A program made the translations under genes and the position numbers. 64,000 nt of DNA from Plasmodiophora brassicae (taxonomy: Eukaryota), in contig CP145415.1 in the NCBI GenBank assembly GCA_036867785.1, positions 558,001 to 622,000 on the forward strand, written 5' to 3'. Shown here in pieces: positions 34,011-48,206 of this stretch (position 1 is the stretch's first letter; the number at the start of each line of letters is the position of its first letter). A model generated the notes under the pieces. The model ran no database searches and had not been told where the DNA came from. It saw only the letters and a program-made list of their open reading frames with translations.

Positions 34011-36623
34011 TCAAGAAACAGTCCCAAAGTACTTTGGGGCGATTTCCTTCAGCAGGGCCGGGTTGACCCGCGTGATGTCTCGCATGAACAACCCGTCCGT
34101 GTCGATGCAGTCGTAGTAGAGGACCCATTGCGGCGACTGGCCTGCCAGCACTGACAGCGGGTGAACGCGCAGCTGAACCTTGGACCCGGCCGTGATCCTG
34201 TGGCAAGTAAGATCCGTTGCCGAGTACTCGCCTAGCTCGTTAACGTACAGCGTTGTGTACGTTCCGTCGTTCTGCAGGAACGCACAGTTCATGAAGAAAC
34301 CTGTCGCGATCGATTTCATGACAGCAGACGCATCGTCGCCGCACGAGACGATACGCCGGCCTGGGCACGTTGCTGAATCAGCGAGGGCATTCAGGAGCGC
34401 CGGGCGACCCATACCGTCGCGCTTGAACAGCTTTGTAATACGCTGGCGGATCTGGGCGGCACGTCGAAGGGCCCGATAGTCGATCCAGTGTTCTGTGCAC
34501 CACTGCTCGGTGCCACCGGCCTGGTCCCAGGCCCTGTAAACGTTGAGCAGGCTTAACAGGTCGCCTGAGCTGCTGTCAGCAACCACCATCGGCTAGGCAG
34601 ATCGCAAAAGCACCTTCAGCGACGGCGAACTTCTTATGGGCATTAGCCGATTGCCCTGAATATTCCCTGTTTCTCGGCCGCGTCCACACATTCCTGACGC
34701 AGAGCATCGCCGCGATATCGATCTAGGCAAGGGTGAGCACGTCTCAGAGAAACGTCGCGAAGTGCCAACCATCTCTGACGAACAGCCACGTTCAGCGGAA
34801 TCCAGCAAGGACCTGCCGAGGCGCGCGGACACGTTCATTCCTGTCAAAGCGATTCCCACGTCCGTTATATGGCAGCCGTCGTCCAGAGCATCGAGCGCGT
34901 ATAGCAACTGTAGTGCAGAGGCCATGCAATCTGGCGTAGGCGGCGTGACGTATTCAAAGTGCACTGCGATCGCATAAGACGAACAGACGCAGACGACCGG
35001 GGTGCCTGTGCCGCATACCTAAGTCGGTGACGCCGAGGCACTTCAGCTGGAGCAGCATTGGATGAGGGCACTGCCGAAGCACAGCGGGTGGCGTGAACGT
35101 CTGTCTCCATGTTGAGTGAAGACGGGCCTGCAGAAACGCGTCGGGGCGGCAGGCATACCTGCATGTCTTCGAACGCCGCCTCGGTGTACAGCCTGTATAC
35201 TTGGCCGTGCCGTAACCGACCCGCCCTGCCAGCACGTTGCATTGCAGAAGCTTGCGATATTGGGACTGCTTCGCAGTCAGTGTAAGGCCCACGATTAGAC
35301 ACACGAGAGACGCACGACCTGTGTGCAGGGACTGAAACCCGGTTCGAGGATCAAACGCGTCTTGTTTGACGAACCCACTGTCGACAACGTAGACGACGGA
35401 CGGGATCGTCACTGATGTTTCACACACGTTCGTACTGACGATTGCTTTCCTGCATGACGAATCCGGTTCGATTGCCTACACACATAGGGTAACAAGCCGC
35501 CGAGCTGCGCCCGATCTCGGTTGCTGTACCTTCAGCTGTTCGGCGGTGGCCAACCCGGCGTACATTGGCAAAGCGCGCAAGTTCCACGACGTCGGGTTCC
35601 TTTCCGTCAGGACAACGTCTTTGATCCTCGACACCACCTCATCAACCTGATTTTGTGGCGTCAGCCATATGACGCCGACACTCGCAAATAGACACGCCAC
35701 CACCGACGCACCTCTGACCGACCCGGCAGAAACACGAGGACGTCGCCTGGTGGCATCCTTCTGTGAATGTCTACCACTGTCTGGACAGCACGGTCAATGT
35801 AGTTCCTGGTGGGGGTATCCAGGTACACGACATCCACAGGATACTGGGCGCCGCCAATGCCGACGGCCACCGTGTCGCCGCCGAAGAAGGCGCAGAACAG
35901 GTCGGTGTCAATCGTGGCCGACGCGACAACGACACGTAGCTCTGGGCGCTTCTTCCGGATCTTATTCAGCAGGCCCAGAAGCACATCGGTCTCCAGGTTC
36001 CGCTCATGCGCCTCGTCGACCATGACGACGGAGTAGGCGGTCAGCAGGGGGTCCGCCATCATCTCCGATATCAGGACGGTGTCGGTCAGGAACGTCACCC
36101 GGGTGGCATCGCTCGTGCAGTTATCGAACGGAACGGCGTACCCGACCACGCCGCCGGGCTTCGTGCCCATTTCGTAGGCGACGCGGTTGGCGACGGTAAC
36201 GGCGGCCAGCACCCTCGGCTGGCTGCAGGCGATTCTGTACCCGGCCTTGGCCCACCCCGCTTCGTACTGGAACAACTGTCGTCAACGTGGCAACAAGTGA
36301 CGCCAGATCGACGCTGTTACCAGGTACTGTGGGATCTGGGTCGATTTTCCCGAGCCGGTCTGACCGCTGACGACGACGCAGCGATGCCGATCGATGGCGT
36401 ACAGCAATTCTCGACCTGACAGGTGGAGGGGCCACATCAGCGACGTTCGCGGTGCGGAATTGCCGCGGCACCGACGATGGGCATGGATCGCCAGCGATTC
36501 ACGCTGCGCGGGTATGCTGAGGTGCGCTCGCGGATTGCTGACGGCAACCGCGTCGACGTCGGCGTCGCGCTCGACGCCGACGCCGATGGCCGGCGCCATC
36601 GTCCCCGGCCGGCGGAACGTCAT
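34011..36623 (-). CDS. DHX35: DEAH-box RNA helicase DHX35-like
   Basis: MTFRRPGT N-terminus, [51 protein letters not shown], and an HA2/OB-fold C-terminus (VHPLSVL). Confidence 0.85.
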
Positions 36624-36912
36624 TGCCGTTGCCACTGCGACCAACTCCGCGACTGCAGTCCGCACTCTACTACTGGTCTCCTCGACACGTCGTCCCGTGC
36701 TTGCACCTGTTGCGTCAACAACGGCAACGTTGCCTGGCGCATGTATACTACTGGGGATGTGGGTGCCCGCCGTGCTCGTCACACACAGCGGTACGTCTGT
36801 ACTTGTCATGATCCGAGGTCTTCTGGGGTACCTAGCCAGCCGGGTTGACTGATTGTAGGCGGGCGACGCGCCATATCGCGCGGGCATGCTAGTAGGGCCC
36901 TGACACCGCGCC

Positions 36913-39900
36913 ATGACCTGGGAAGGTGCCGTGGCGGTCCTGGGCCGTTTCGCCTGGCTGCGCGCCTCACGTCTGCCGACGAACAGATTTCCACAACGTC
37001 GAGGTGGCGTACTGGGAGCTGCTGGAGAACCCGGCGATCATCACGAAGGACGACCCGAAGCGAGGGTCGCTCGCCGACCAGATACAGTTCGTCGAGCGAA
37101 TCGATGCCAAACGACGGTTCAAGGGCGTGCGGATGCTGCTGGCCATCATCAAGTGCGTCTCGTTGCGTCGCTCGCCGGCGTCACGTCTGACATGCGCTAT
37201 AGGTACAACCTGGACTTCCCCGACCTGATCGCCTCCGCCTGTCGTAAAATCAAGGTTGGACCGTAACGCGACGGTCGACGCATGGCCTGACGACGTTGTT
37301 TCGTACAGACGCTGTGTCGCGATGGCAGTTCCACCCGGGACGTCGCCCTGGACCTGCTGCGAGGCGGCGTTGCTCCGTCGCTGCTGGCCGTGCTCGACAT
37401 CACAGCGAGGAAACGCGACCGTGAAGGACAGCGTCGCGATCCAGGTGCCGACACTCGGCTCTACACGTCCATCGGTACACCCAGAGGCCACCTGCGTGTG
37501 CGCCCGGTTCCAATCAACGCACGCCTTGTTCAGGTGAAGCCCTGCACAGTTTATCATACAACGTCGAGCGCTGGTCGTCCGTCGAAGGGTTCGACATCCT
37601 GACGCAGACGAAGCTCATCGAGTACATGATCGGCGCCATGCGCGAGTACCCTGACGACCTGCCCCTGCAGACGTGCGCTACGTGGATGATCCTGAACTTC
37701 TGCTACCTGCACAAGGAGAACCAGGACAAGGTGACCGAGATGGACGGCGTCAAGCTGGTGGTCGACGCGATGAAACGGTTCAACACCGACGACGACATGC
37801 AGGACAAGGGCTGTGGCATGCTGAGGAACATGGCCGACCTATCCGCCGCGAACGACATCGTGGCGAAGCACGGCGGGATCAACCAGGTCCTGCAGGCCAT
37901 GGACACGTTCAGCGACAGCCCGTCGATCGTGGCGAACGCGATCGGCGCGCTGAGGAACCTGGCCTACAGCGTGTCGACCCGGCAGGAGATCTTCCACCTC
38001 GGCGGCTTGCACCAGATCATGTCGGCCATGGAGCGGCACCTGCAGGCGGACCTCGTCCAGGAATTCGCACTCGAAGCCGTCTGGAACCTTGCGACGCACG
38101 ACGACGTCAGGCAGCGGTTCGCCGAATCGTCCATTGTTAAAACCGTGCTGACGTCGATGCGGTTCCACCGATGGGACACCCGAATCGTCGCCGAAGGGTT
38201 GCACGCGCTCAGTCTTCTGGCCCAGAACGAGGTCATGGAGCGGCAGGTCGCCGCCGACGACGGCTTGAGGTTCGTTTCCGAGCTCCTGAACCGGTTCTCG
38301 TCGACACGTAGCGTCCAGGAACAGGTCGTCCGCCATTCCAATGGTTCGCAGGACTCGGGCTCGTTAACCAGACGCATCACAGGGTATGCAAGTCCTGCTG
38401 GTGTTCAGCCAGCATGAGCGGTGCCATTCCAAGATGATCAAATACCACGCCGTCGGTCGCGTGCTGAGCGCCCTGAAGACGCACCAGTACCAGGGGCGCC
38501 TTCAGGAAGACGGCCTCGGCGTGCTCCTGAACTTCGCCCTGAAACGTGGGTTTGCCGGCCGGACGCCTGCATGACGTGCCTGACGATCTCTGTGTGGCCC
38601 TCCAGCGAAACTTGCCGCGCGTATCATGGACAAGGGCGGCCTGACCAGGATCCTCCGATCGATGGACCTGCACCCGTTGAACGCAACGCTGCAGGAACGC
38701 GGCTGTGGCGTACTGGCCCTGCTGTCAGCGATACGTGAGATCCGGCGTTGTGGTTTGCAAACCGTCCCCCTGCGCTCGCTGACTCCCTCGAGTAGCCGAC
38801 AGCGATCGTCGGGCGCAGATCGCGAAGAGGGGCGGCATCGGCGCCCTGGTGTCGGCAATGCAGTCGCACCGATGCGTTGGTCTTCTGCAGCAGTACGCGT
38901 GCGACGCCCTCGCGAACCTGGCGCTGAACAGTACGAACCAGGGGCCGCCGCTGACCCGCCATCGTCCACGTTGACGTTTCCCGTCGTCATAGGTTATAGC
39001 CAGATCCAGATCCCTATTCGCGGCGGCGTCGAAGCCGTCGTCGAATGCATGAAGTACCACCAGGAGAAGGAGGCCGTGCAAGAGCGCGCATGTGCCGCGC
39101 TGTGGAACCTGTCGGTCACTCGTAAGACACTGAGCGCATCACGTACCGTCTATGTGCTCAGCACTGAGGAGTGGCCCCAGTTCGCAACCAGGAGAAGATC
39201 GCTGAACACGGCGGCATCGACGTTCTGTTCACCTGCCTGCGAGATCACCCGATGGCTGAGAACCTGCAGTACAACTGCTGCGGTGCCATACGGAACCTGT
39301 CGCTGTTTCAGGAGAACAGGTCGGGGGTCGCCCGAAGCGACGCGCACAGTAATGGGGAGGGTTGAGCGAATCGCGGCAGGGATCGGTTACGGATTCTGAA
39401 CGTGTTCCCTGTGATAACGGCGACGATGCAGCGACACCTGAAGAGCCTCAGCCTGCAACAGGAGGCCTGCGGCGCCATCGTGCACATGTGCCTCGACCCC
39501 ATTAATCGGCAGGTCGGGCAGGGGGAATCGGCGCATCAGTCTGGGCGGCACCTGACTGACGCGGTTCAGTTGTTCGCGAGGGAGAACGTGCTGGAGAGAA
39601 TATCCGACACGATGCGAACCCATCTGACGGATTGTCGCCTGCAGAACCACTGCGTTGGCGCCATGCTCAACTTGACGATCGACGGTACCGGGGCGGAACA
39701 CGCGCTCCTCCGCCCGGCCCGTGTTGCTGACACGTCAGGTAGATGAGAACAAGGTCCAGATGGCGACCGAGTACCCGATCCAGACGCTGTTGGAGACGAT
39801 GAAGAAGTACCCGGACATCGACGTGATTCAGGAGCGCGCCCTGCGAATCCTGTTGCACTGTTCGACCCTGGAGCAGACGCGATCGCGACTGGTGGAGCTG

Positions 39901-40041
39901 GGCGTCACCCCATGGGTCAACCGAGCCATGAGCCGACTGTCGAGCTGCGAAAGCATCGTTCGATACGGTAGCGAGGTCCTGAAGAACCTGAACGTTCCTA
40001 TCGACCTCGACGCGGTTGTTCCAGGCGACCGAGAGCAATAA
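36913..40041 (+). CDS. Armadillo-repeat protein
   Basis: Many ARM repeats (GGINQVLQAM..NAIGALRNLA; GGLHQIMSAM..ALEAVWNLA; GGVEAVVECM..ACAALWNLS). Many short introns. The 5' exons are uncertain. Confidence 0.85.
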
Positions 40042-40082
40042 AACATGGGCAGAGGCTGAAACCAAACGACGACTTCATTGGA

Positions 40083-43000
40083 TTACAATGCGGTCGCCAT
40101 GACCAGCAATGCAGAGATACGGTAGGCGACAGCCGTTACTGCAATGCCGACCAGTGCTGAGCTGAAGGCGCCGGAGCTTGAATCGAACCCGAGAAGGGAC
40201 AGAACGTCGGCACCCGTTGCGAACTGGCATCCCAGCGGGTTGCCGCATGTGAACACTTCGTCCCTGAACTCCTCGATCGCCTGGGCTCGCGCAGCGTACC
40301 TCAGTATCGATGCATGATTGAGGATATTCAGAGTTTCGGGCATCTGGGTACTGCAAGCAGCGTCAGCATTCCTTTGCTGACACGGTGTAGTCGGGAAACT
40401 GAACCGACCTGAGGAACCCAGCCATAACGGACATCAAGCTGAGGATGCTGCTAATGATCTGGACAGAGAACCCAGGCTGGGACAGCTGTGGACAACGTTA
40501 TCTACTGGCCAAACAACGGGATCGCACGCAAGGGTGGGCACCGACCAGAGAGCAGAAAGAGATACCAATGCTTTCGCCGGCGTTCACCAGCGCAAGGCTG
40601 ACGAAGATTTCGAGCCCAATGTCAATCTTGGTACCGACACAGTACGTGCTGACCAGCGCCCAGAGGATCGCCTCGAAAAGTTCTGGGAGTGGCGGAACGA
40701 CATTAATTAGACGGCACCGTCACTAGCGATACTGCAGGACGCGCGTACCGAACGGGAGTTCGTTCATCGTGTACGTCCAGAAGAACGCCGACGTCGAGTA
40801 CAATCCATCTTGGCGCTCGAACCGGAACAGGCTGCGCTCCTGTGGAAACACGGCAATGCAGTTCAGCATGCCGATGAATACCAGGGCGCCAGCCTGTTGC
40901 TACATATCACGAGTCACTCCCATGGGTCGTGAGTGCACGCTCCAGACCCCGACGTACCATGTAGCCAATCCTGGTCGTGACCGATGCCTGGTCGTGCCCG
41001 AACGGCGACAGATAGGCGGCCAGAATCAGAGCGAACGCGAGCGATTGCCCGAGGCGGGACCAGATGATGTCGGCTTGGCGCCGCAGATTTCGGAACGATC
41101 TTTCAACGAGCACGGGGAGTGCCGTCAACGACGGCCGCGTTTTCACCTTGCTGACGGACGCAGCTACGTCGTCATCGTTCAGATCATGACCCTCACTGGG
41201 TACAGCTGGAGGCGGATGCCAAGCCTCAATCAGCCTGTGAACCCGTTCCGTTGTCTGGGCCTCCGCGTCACCACGAACATCGATAGACGAAACGTCAATG
41301 GCGAAATCAGCCGGGTTCGTCAACGGAGGCCTACAACAGAAGAGCCGGTAAGCAGGGCCGCAAGACATGCAGGTCGGGTGCACAAACAGCTGATAGCCGA
41401 GCGTCGCGAAGTGAGATATCATCGCGCTGCCGGACCCTTGGAAGACGACGTGGCCTCCGCGGGCCAGAAGCAGTATTGAATCCAGAAGAGGGAAGATGTC
41501 CGATCGCGGCTGGTGAATCGTGCAAATCACGGTCCGCCCGGTCAGTGCGATCTGCTTGAGCGTTGACATCATGTTCCGTGCTGTGGCTGCATCCAGACCC
41601 TGCAAGAAGCAACGCACAAGATGAGACGAATTCGCGATGCCTACAGCGACAGTCTACCGAAGTTGGCTCATCGCAGATCAAAACTGCTGGATCGGATAAC
41701 ATGGCCAGGCCTACAGACAGTCTTCGCTTTTCACCTCCGGATAAGCCCTGGGCAAGTCAGTTGATACCGTGCTCTCGACAAAAGGCCACATTCTCTCATC
41801 CCCTGACCTTGATCTTGCCGCCACCGACGAGCGTGTCAGCACACTCAGTGAGACCGAGTTCGCCAAGGACTCTGTCAGCTGCGGATCGTTGCTTCTCATT
41901 GCTTTCGTTCGGTAGACGAAGCGCTGCAGCGTATCGCAACGTTTCGCGTGCCGTCAAGGCCGGAAGCAGGTGGGTGTCATCTTGCCGGACAGATGCCGTC
42001 CAATGGCCAATTTGTTCAGGCGCCAGCTCCTTGCCGTTGTGCAGTATCTTTCCTTTGTAGGCTACAGATGAGAACGCCTGTAATGCGGGTTTGCGGCCTG
42101 CCAGAAGCGACAAGACGGTGGACTTTCCTGCACCAGATACCCCAAAGATCGCTGTCAGCGATCCTGCAACGAAAGTCGCCGAAATCGATTGAAGGATATT
42201 GGCGGTTGAGGACGTTGACGAGAATGGCGTTTTCCGAGTAATTGCCATCGACAGATCGTCAATGATAACCGTGACCGGCTTAGAAACCTTGGTTGCTATT
42301 GAGACTTGCGCTGGCTCCTCCCGAGTTACATCTTCCTCTGAGGTCTTGACTTTCGCAGCAAATCGAACGCCCTCGTTAGGGAACAAATGCAATACCGTGC
42401 CTGCTACGATGGCCAGAGCGACGACAAGGACGATCATGACCAGGAACGGAACCAGCAAGCCCGGTTTGAAGCCGTAACCGCTTAGAACGTAGCTTCCTTG
42501 ACACGCAGGAACGCCCGATGGCAGCCCAGGACACGCAAACACCCTCGATTCAAGCTCATTGTTTGCAATCACTCGCAGACCCATTGTAATGTAGCCGACT
42601 TCGCCAAACCAGCGCAAATAGACCGGGATGACATCCACAGGGATAAAGAACCCAGATGACATGGACAGGAATGTAAATACGGAATCTGCAACCTCAACGT
42701 TAGAGCGTCGTGCAATGATACCATGTGCCAGCAATCTCACTGCCAATCAATGACGCGATGCCGAAATCCCGGCTGCACGAAGCGCAAACATAGCCCAGGG
42801 AAACACTGACAAGCGTCATGTCAGAAGTCCATGCGGAAAGGGTAACGCGATTGGCTTACGTCACGAGCTGCATCATTAGAATAGAGCAGAACGCGACGAA
42901 GAAATGATACGCAAGATCATCTTTGCGTAGCCCAATAAGAAAGTAGACAATGACGGTGTAGGCAAGGGAGGTGAACACGTAAAGCATGATGTTAACCGTG

Positions 43001-44717
43001 TACCATGACACGAGGTATGCCGGGACAGAATACATATTGTCGCTTCGTTCGCGATCGAAGATAGCCATCCTTCATATAACAGATAATGTGAGAAGCCGAA
43101 GAAAGAGGCGCGCCATTCCGATACTCACTCATTGCACAGTTTCCATATAATGAACATCAGCGAAAGGTAGTTCGGCAAAGCGCAGATGCTGTACATGGCA
43201 GACTTCCTGCTTAATATTCCTGTCTAGAAACGCTCAGGGATAAGCAATGGGTTTGACCTGAAACGTAACATTGTGGGTTATACCGGGGTCTCATCGAGTT
43301 GATAAAATATGAATCCCAGGGCCAGACCGAGAGAGACGACTTGAAGAACGGTCCCCCAAAGCGTAAGGCGGTCCTCAACCATGTTGGAAACAACTCTTCC
43401 GCACAGGATACGAATTTGTTGGAAGAATGTGGCGCCATGGTGCTGAACGCGCTCATGGCTGTTTGCCGGAGACACCACCGGTGGCTGTTCCTGGTCCACT
43501 TGCATCTTCTCCCATGCATGAATAATCGAATTAACTCGGGCCTTACTCTCTGTCCCAGCGGCCACGCTCCGATAGTCAACGTTCGTGATGTCGATAAGAA
43601 AATCGGCGCCGTTGACGTTCTCTTCAATTTCATGCCCCAGTGAAGCGAAATGGGAAAGAGCACCTTCCCGACTGCCAGAGTAGGCCAGGCGACCTTGCGC
43701 CAATAGCGTAATGTGGGTGAATGCGTTAAAAATGTCTGATCGCGGTTGATGGATCGAAACGACAATTGTTCTGCCTCGCTCACACAGGGCCGATAGTGTT
43801 TCGATAAGGGCCCTCGCCGAAAACGCGTCCAAACCCGTTCTGACATTCACGATCGAACGTCAACACAAATCGGACTGCACCGGATTACGGAGCGGGGCGC
43901 CTACGTTGGTTCATCCATAAAGATGACTGACGGGTTCAAAAGAAGTTGAACGCCAACTCTGCAGGGGCGTCAGAAATCGCGCAGGTCCACAATGCACTTA
44001 CGTACGAGACGCGTCTCTTTTCGCCACCGGAAATCCCTTTGCGCCATTCGTTGCCGACCAGTGTCGACGCACAGTGCTTTAAGCCGAGTTCGTTGATGAC
44101 TGATTCCACAATCGTGTCCTTTTCAGCTCGGGACAGCGTGCGCGGCAGGCGAAGTTGCCCAGCAAATCTCAGGGTTTGCCTAACTGCACAACGTTCCGAA
44201 TTAGCACAACGAGCATATGCTCAACCGCGCAAGCGCTACCCGTCAGGTACGGTAACAAAGCGTCGTGCTGTTGTACGTAAGCAACAGCATTTGAGTAGTA
44301 GCGAGGAGAGCGCCCGTTAAACAGAATGCGCCCGCTCATCTCCGTCTTCGATAAACCCCCGATACGGAACTGCCTTTGTTTCGTCCTCCCTGTGTGTACG
44401 GTAAATGGGCCGAGTATATATATTTTCATGACCGACGAGGTCACATGCAGACCTGCTAACGCGTTAAGAAGGGTGGTCTTCCCACTTCCAGATCCGCCCA
44501 TGATTGCCATTAGCTTCCCATGGGGTACCTCCATGTTGATGTCCTTCAGCAAGGTCTTGCTTGTTTGTTCTGGCGTGGAGCCTTTCGCGGACAACGATCG
44601 CTGAACCATCTCGATCGACAGATTCTCGACACGAATGTCAATCGGCACAACGGTGCCGAACGACATGCCCGGCGACTCGTTGACGCGAACCGCGACGTCC
44701 GACATTTCCACAGGCAT
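40083..44717 (-). CDS. Full-length ABCG-family transporter (NBD-TMD)x2
   Basis: Walker A motifs GGSGSGKTT and GVSGAGKST. Signatures GISGGEKRRVS and GLSGGEKRRLS. DEPT..GLDA and TIHQPRSDIF motifs. Two ABC2-type TM domains. Confidence 0.93.
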
Positions 44718-44818
44718 CCCGCCCATCCCCGCTCGCGGCTGCCAGCTGGTACTGTACCCACAGTACCCACGCCAATGCGGCGGCGACAAGGAACGGCAAC
44801 CCGTCACACGGGGGTTTG

Positions 44819-44864
44819 CAAACCGAGCTCAAACCGAGCTCGCCAAAACCGAGCTCAAACCGAG
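44819..44864. repeat. Short tandem 11-mer (AAACCGAGCTC) cluster in the divergent intergenic region
   Basis: caaaccgagctc aaaccgagctc gccaaaaccgagctc aaaccgagg: three full copies and one partial copy. Confidence 0.85.
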
Positions 44865-45175
44865 GTCTGCAGCCAGTCATAGATCTGTGACCACCTCGGT
44901 TTCCGCCCTGTTGGACCGCGCTCATCTGCAAGAGATTATGCGACCGGTACCCTGCGACCTTAACTGTCGAGTCAAGAAAAGTTGCGCCCTGCGTTTGCCA
45001 GTGGGCGGGTCTGTATTGAAGGCACCGAAGTCTCGCCGTTGAGACTTCGAGAAAACGCCGGAACGGGTCTCTTTTCGAAACCATGCGCGTTCGAGAATTC
45101 GGTGGTACTTGAGCCATCCCAAAACCGGCCTCCGGGTGCTCATTGCGTGGCGATGACCGCTCGCGTTGGCCACTG

Positions 45176-45998
45176 ATGCAAACGGGCTACTGGCCGCAGA
45201 CGGCCAGCGTCAACTGGTGTGAGGATGACTACGTGTTCACGCCATACGTTGCTGAATTTGCGAACTCGCTGTCATCCCTGGCTATGTGCGTTGTTGGAAT
45301 TTGTGGTGCGCGGCTGCATCGCAGAGCACCGCTCCCGTTTCAGTGCGTGTTTGCGTCCATCATCCTTGTCGGCATTGGAAGCGCCCTGTTCCATGCGACT
45401 TTGATGTATGAGATGCAGATGTTGGATGAACTTCCAATGCTTTTTGTCGTCGCTGCACTGCTCGATATTCTGCTGGAAGCATATAACGGCGTCGAACCAT
45501 CGTTCTGGACACGTGCCGCTATCGGTGCCCACACCGCCTGTGTCTGCGGATTTGTCGCTACCACATCGGGTAGCATTCAGTTTGCAGTCTTCCATTTAAC
45601 CTTCGGCACAATGGAGATCCTCTGCTTATACATCATGTTCAAAGTATTCTTGCGTCGGAGGCACGGTGGCGCAGGTATTCGTTACGTTTGGTTCCCCGCT
45701 GGCACTGAATCTGCCGACAGACGCTCGAATGACTTCGCTGTTCACGCAGGGCATCGGGCTTTACGCCTTCGGGGTTTCGTGCTGGCTGATCGATCTAAAC
45801 CTGTGCATCTTCATCAACGGCGGCGAGCATTCGTGGCTGCCATTCGACATGTACCTGCACGCATGGTGGCACTTGGCCGCCTCGCTGGGCCTCTACTGGT
45901 TCACCGTATTCCTTCTCGCTGATCGTCAGGACCGCACCCGGAAATCATCCGCGTGCTGCTTGTCCTACGTAGCAATCTTCATGCCTTACGTACACTAA
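45176..45998 (+). CDS. Alkaline ceramidase (ACER3/Ypc1-like)
   Basis: GYWPQTASVNWCEDDY..YVAEFANSLSS, GIGSALFHATL..QMLDELPM, LHAWWHL. One intron near 45676-45720. Confidence 0.93.
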
Positions 45999-46141
45999 CG
46001 CGCCGGCGTTGCTTCCTGTTCCACGACGCATGTAGAAATACAGCATGCGGGCAATTGTATGGTTCGATGCTTACGTGGTAACGTGGCGGAGTCCCGCGCG
46101 TCAGAAACTGCGCAGTCGCTTGTGAGACCCGCGTGCAGACG

Positions 46142-46934
46142 ATGTCTGAGGGAACGATTGGGCCCTGGAGAGACCTGCTGAAGCAGTTCCAGGCGGCGCC
46201 CGTGAAGAAGAAGCGCTTGCGTTTGCTGAGGCAGACGGCGAAGAAGGCGAAGACGTTCCTCGCGCAGAAGACAGTACGGTTGTTGCGTTCGGCCCGGGAC
46301 CGGCTTGGTGCGGCCTGCAAGGCTGAGCCTGAAAATGCAGCTGCGGTTGCGAAGAGCAACGCAAAGCAGGCGAAGCTTGCCGCGAGATTGGAGCGCACGT
46401 TGGCTGCGGTCAAGGTACGTGTCCTGATTCGGGTGGGGCGGCGTCCACGAGGCATCTTACTGTATGGCACAGGCCGTGGATTTGGACCTATTGAGCGTTG
46501 CCGCCATGGTCAAGCTGGAAGGGCAGTCTGATCCACACGCCCTTCTTGAGCGGGACAGCGATCAATCGGATGCCGTCGTGGGCGTCATGAAGGACATTCT
46601 CAAGTCGTCTGCTATGACTCGTGTTATTGACGACATGCGACGAGGTCCCAATCGGAAGAACGCTGATGACGGATCGTCATATTCGTCGTCGTCGACAGAG
46701 ATCGAGGAGTGTGATCGCGTGCGAATGAACCGGCCCGGTCAGCGTGCCAGACGGGCGTTGGCAGAACGTAAATACGGCGCCAAGGCGAAACATTTAGTCG
46801 CCCAGCGCAACGCTGCTGGTCCTGTCCGGGCTCAGTCGAAGGAACCGAAAGTGCACCCATCTTGGGCGGCAGCACAGAAACAGAAGGCTCTGCAAGCAAC
46901 GGCAGCGTTCACCGGAACCAAAACGAAATTCTAA
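46142..46934 (+). CDS. BUD22/SRFBP1-family ribosome biogenesis factor
   Basis: C-terminal NRPGQRARRALAERKYG..HPSWAAAQKQK..FTGTKTKF. One intron after 46413. Confidence 0.85.
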
Positions 46935-47034
46935 ACAAGTATCGCCTGCGTAACAGCAACCCCTTGCTCGAACGAATGACGAGTGAGCTGACCCTGTTGA
47001 GTCACCTCACTGGCGAAATCTCATATTGAACATC

Positions 47035-48138
47035 ATGTCAACCGGTTGCCATGTTCTTGGACGACTGCTTGTGGTCGTGCTCGTCGCGGTCATGGTGATT
47101 TCGAATGCGCAGGACGTAGACGGGACCGTGTCAGTAGACACCCAGCATGATGGTAACCAGGATCGGTTCGGGATCGAACAATTGTTCGCCTCAGTGGACG
47201 AATCCGGTGATTGGTACGCCAACTGGGACGGCCGGCGTGTTGTCGACAAAGCTTTTCAGGTACGATCATGAATGATTGACTGCAATACTTTGGGTCGTCT
47301 TACACGAACGAACGGTTTCAGGAAGACCCAGCGGATTCGCGATGCGTCTCCCGTGGCACGGGACCGTTCGAGATTGGCAACGGCGAACTTGTCATGAACG
47401 GGACAGCCCCTCGATTCTATATAACCGCACCGTCAACAGGATGGATGAATACGGAGACGACGGTTTATGGCATGGCAGAAGGTGATTGTCTCTGCTTTCC
47501 GACAGTCCTTACCGAAGTGGTGCTGATTTGCCACCGCGACCGGTAGGCTGGGGACCTAACAACATTGCGTCGATCACAATCATTTCGAGAACGCGGCATA
47601 ACCGGTTCAGAGCAGATCCCTGTGAAGCGCGGGCATACTACGCACGAGTGTTCCTGGACAGTAAGACTAATGAACGTCCATCCGGATGACATTCATGATG
47701 GCTAACTGGATTACGTCAGATGGCGCGGTGCAAATCAAGAAGGAGTTTCGCCACGACAGCAATGGTACCATCATCTACTCCAGAGCCATACCCGCCAAAA
47801 GGAGGTTCAAGACGTTCGACTTCCGGTCCAGATACTTTGGCCTCAAGTTCGTCGTGCGAACGAACCAGGACGGATTATCTGTCAACCTGAGAGTCTACTG
47901 CGACGCCACCGATGGCGCTAATGGTGGCACTTGGGACCTTGTCCTGGACTACGACGACGTTGATCTGGCCGCCTTGTCTCGAACGGGATGCAAGTACCCA
48001 GACGCTGTTGACCCGTTCGCGAACGATGATTCGCCGATATTGCGGTCAGGAGAGACCTCGGTTATTCGGTCGGACGATGTCTACCGGCTGCACGTCAAGC
48101 GCGCCTCTGTTCGTGAAATCAACCCAGTAATGGAATAG
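47035..48138 (+). CDS. Secreted beta-rich protein resembling prokaryotic hypothetical (ConA/polysaccharide-lyase-like) proteins
   Basis: Signal peptide LLVVVLVAVMVISNA. Three introns. Motifs DRFGIEQLF, APRFYI..WMNTETTVY, CEARAYYAR, IKKEFRH, YFGLKFVV, IRSD..ASVREINP. Confidence 0.7.
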
Positions 48139-48206
48139 CCGTCTATATGAACTTGCTATCTGGCACACACGAGGCGTGTATGATTCCATAGAATCCGGCA
48201 TCGTGA

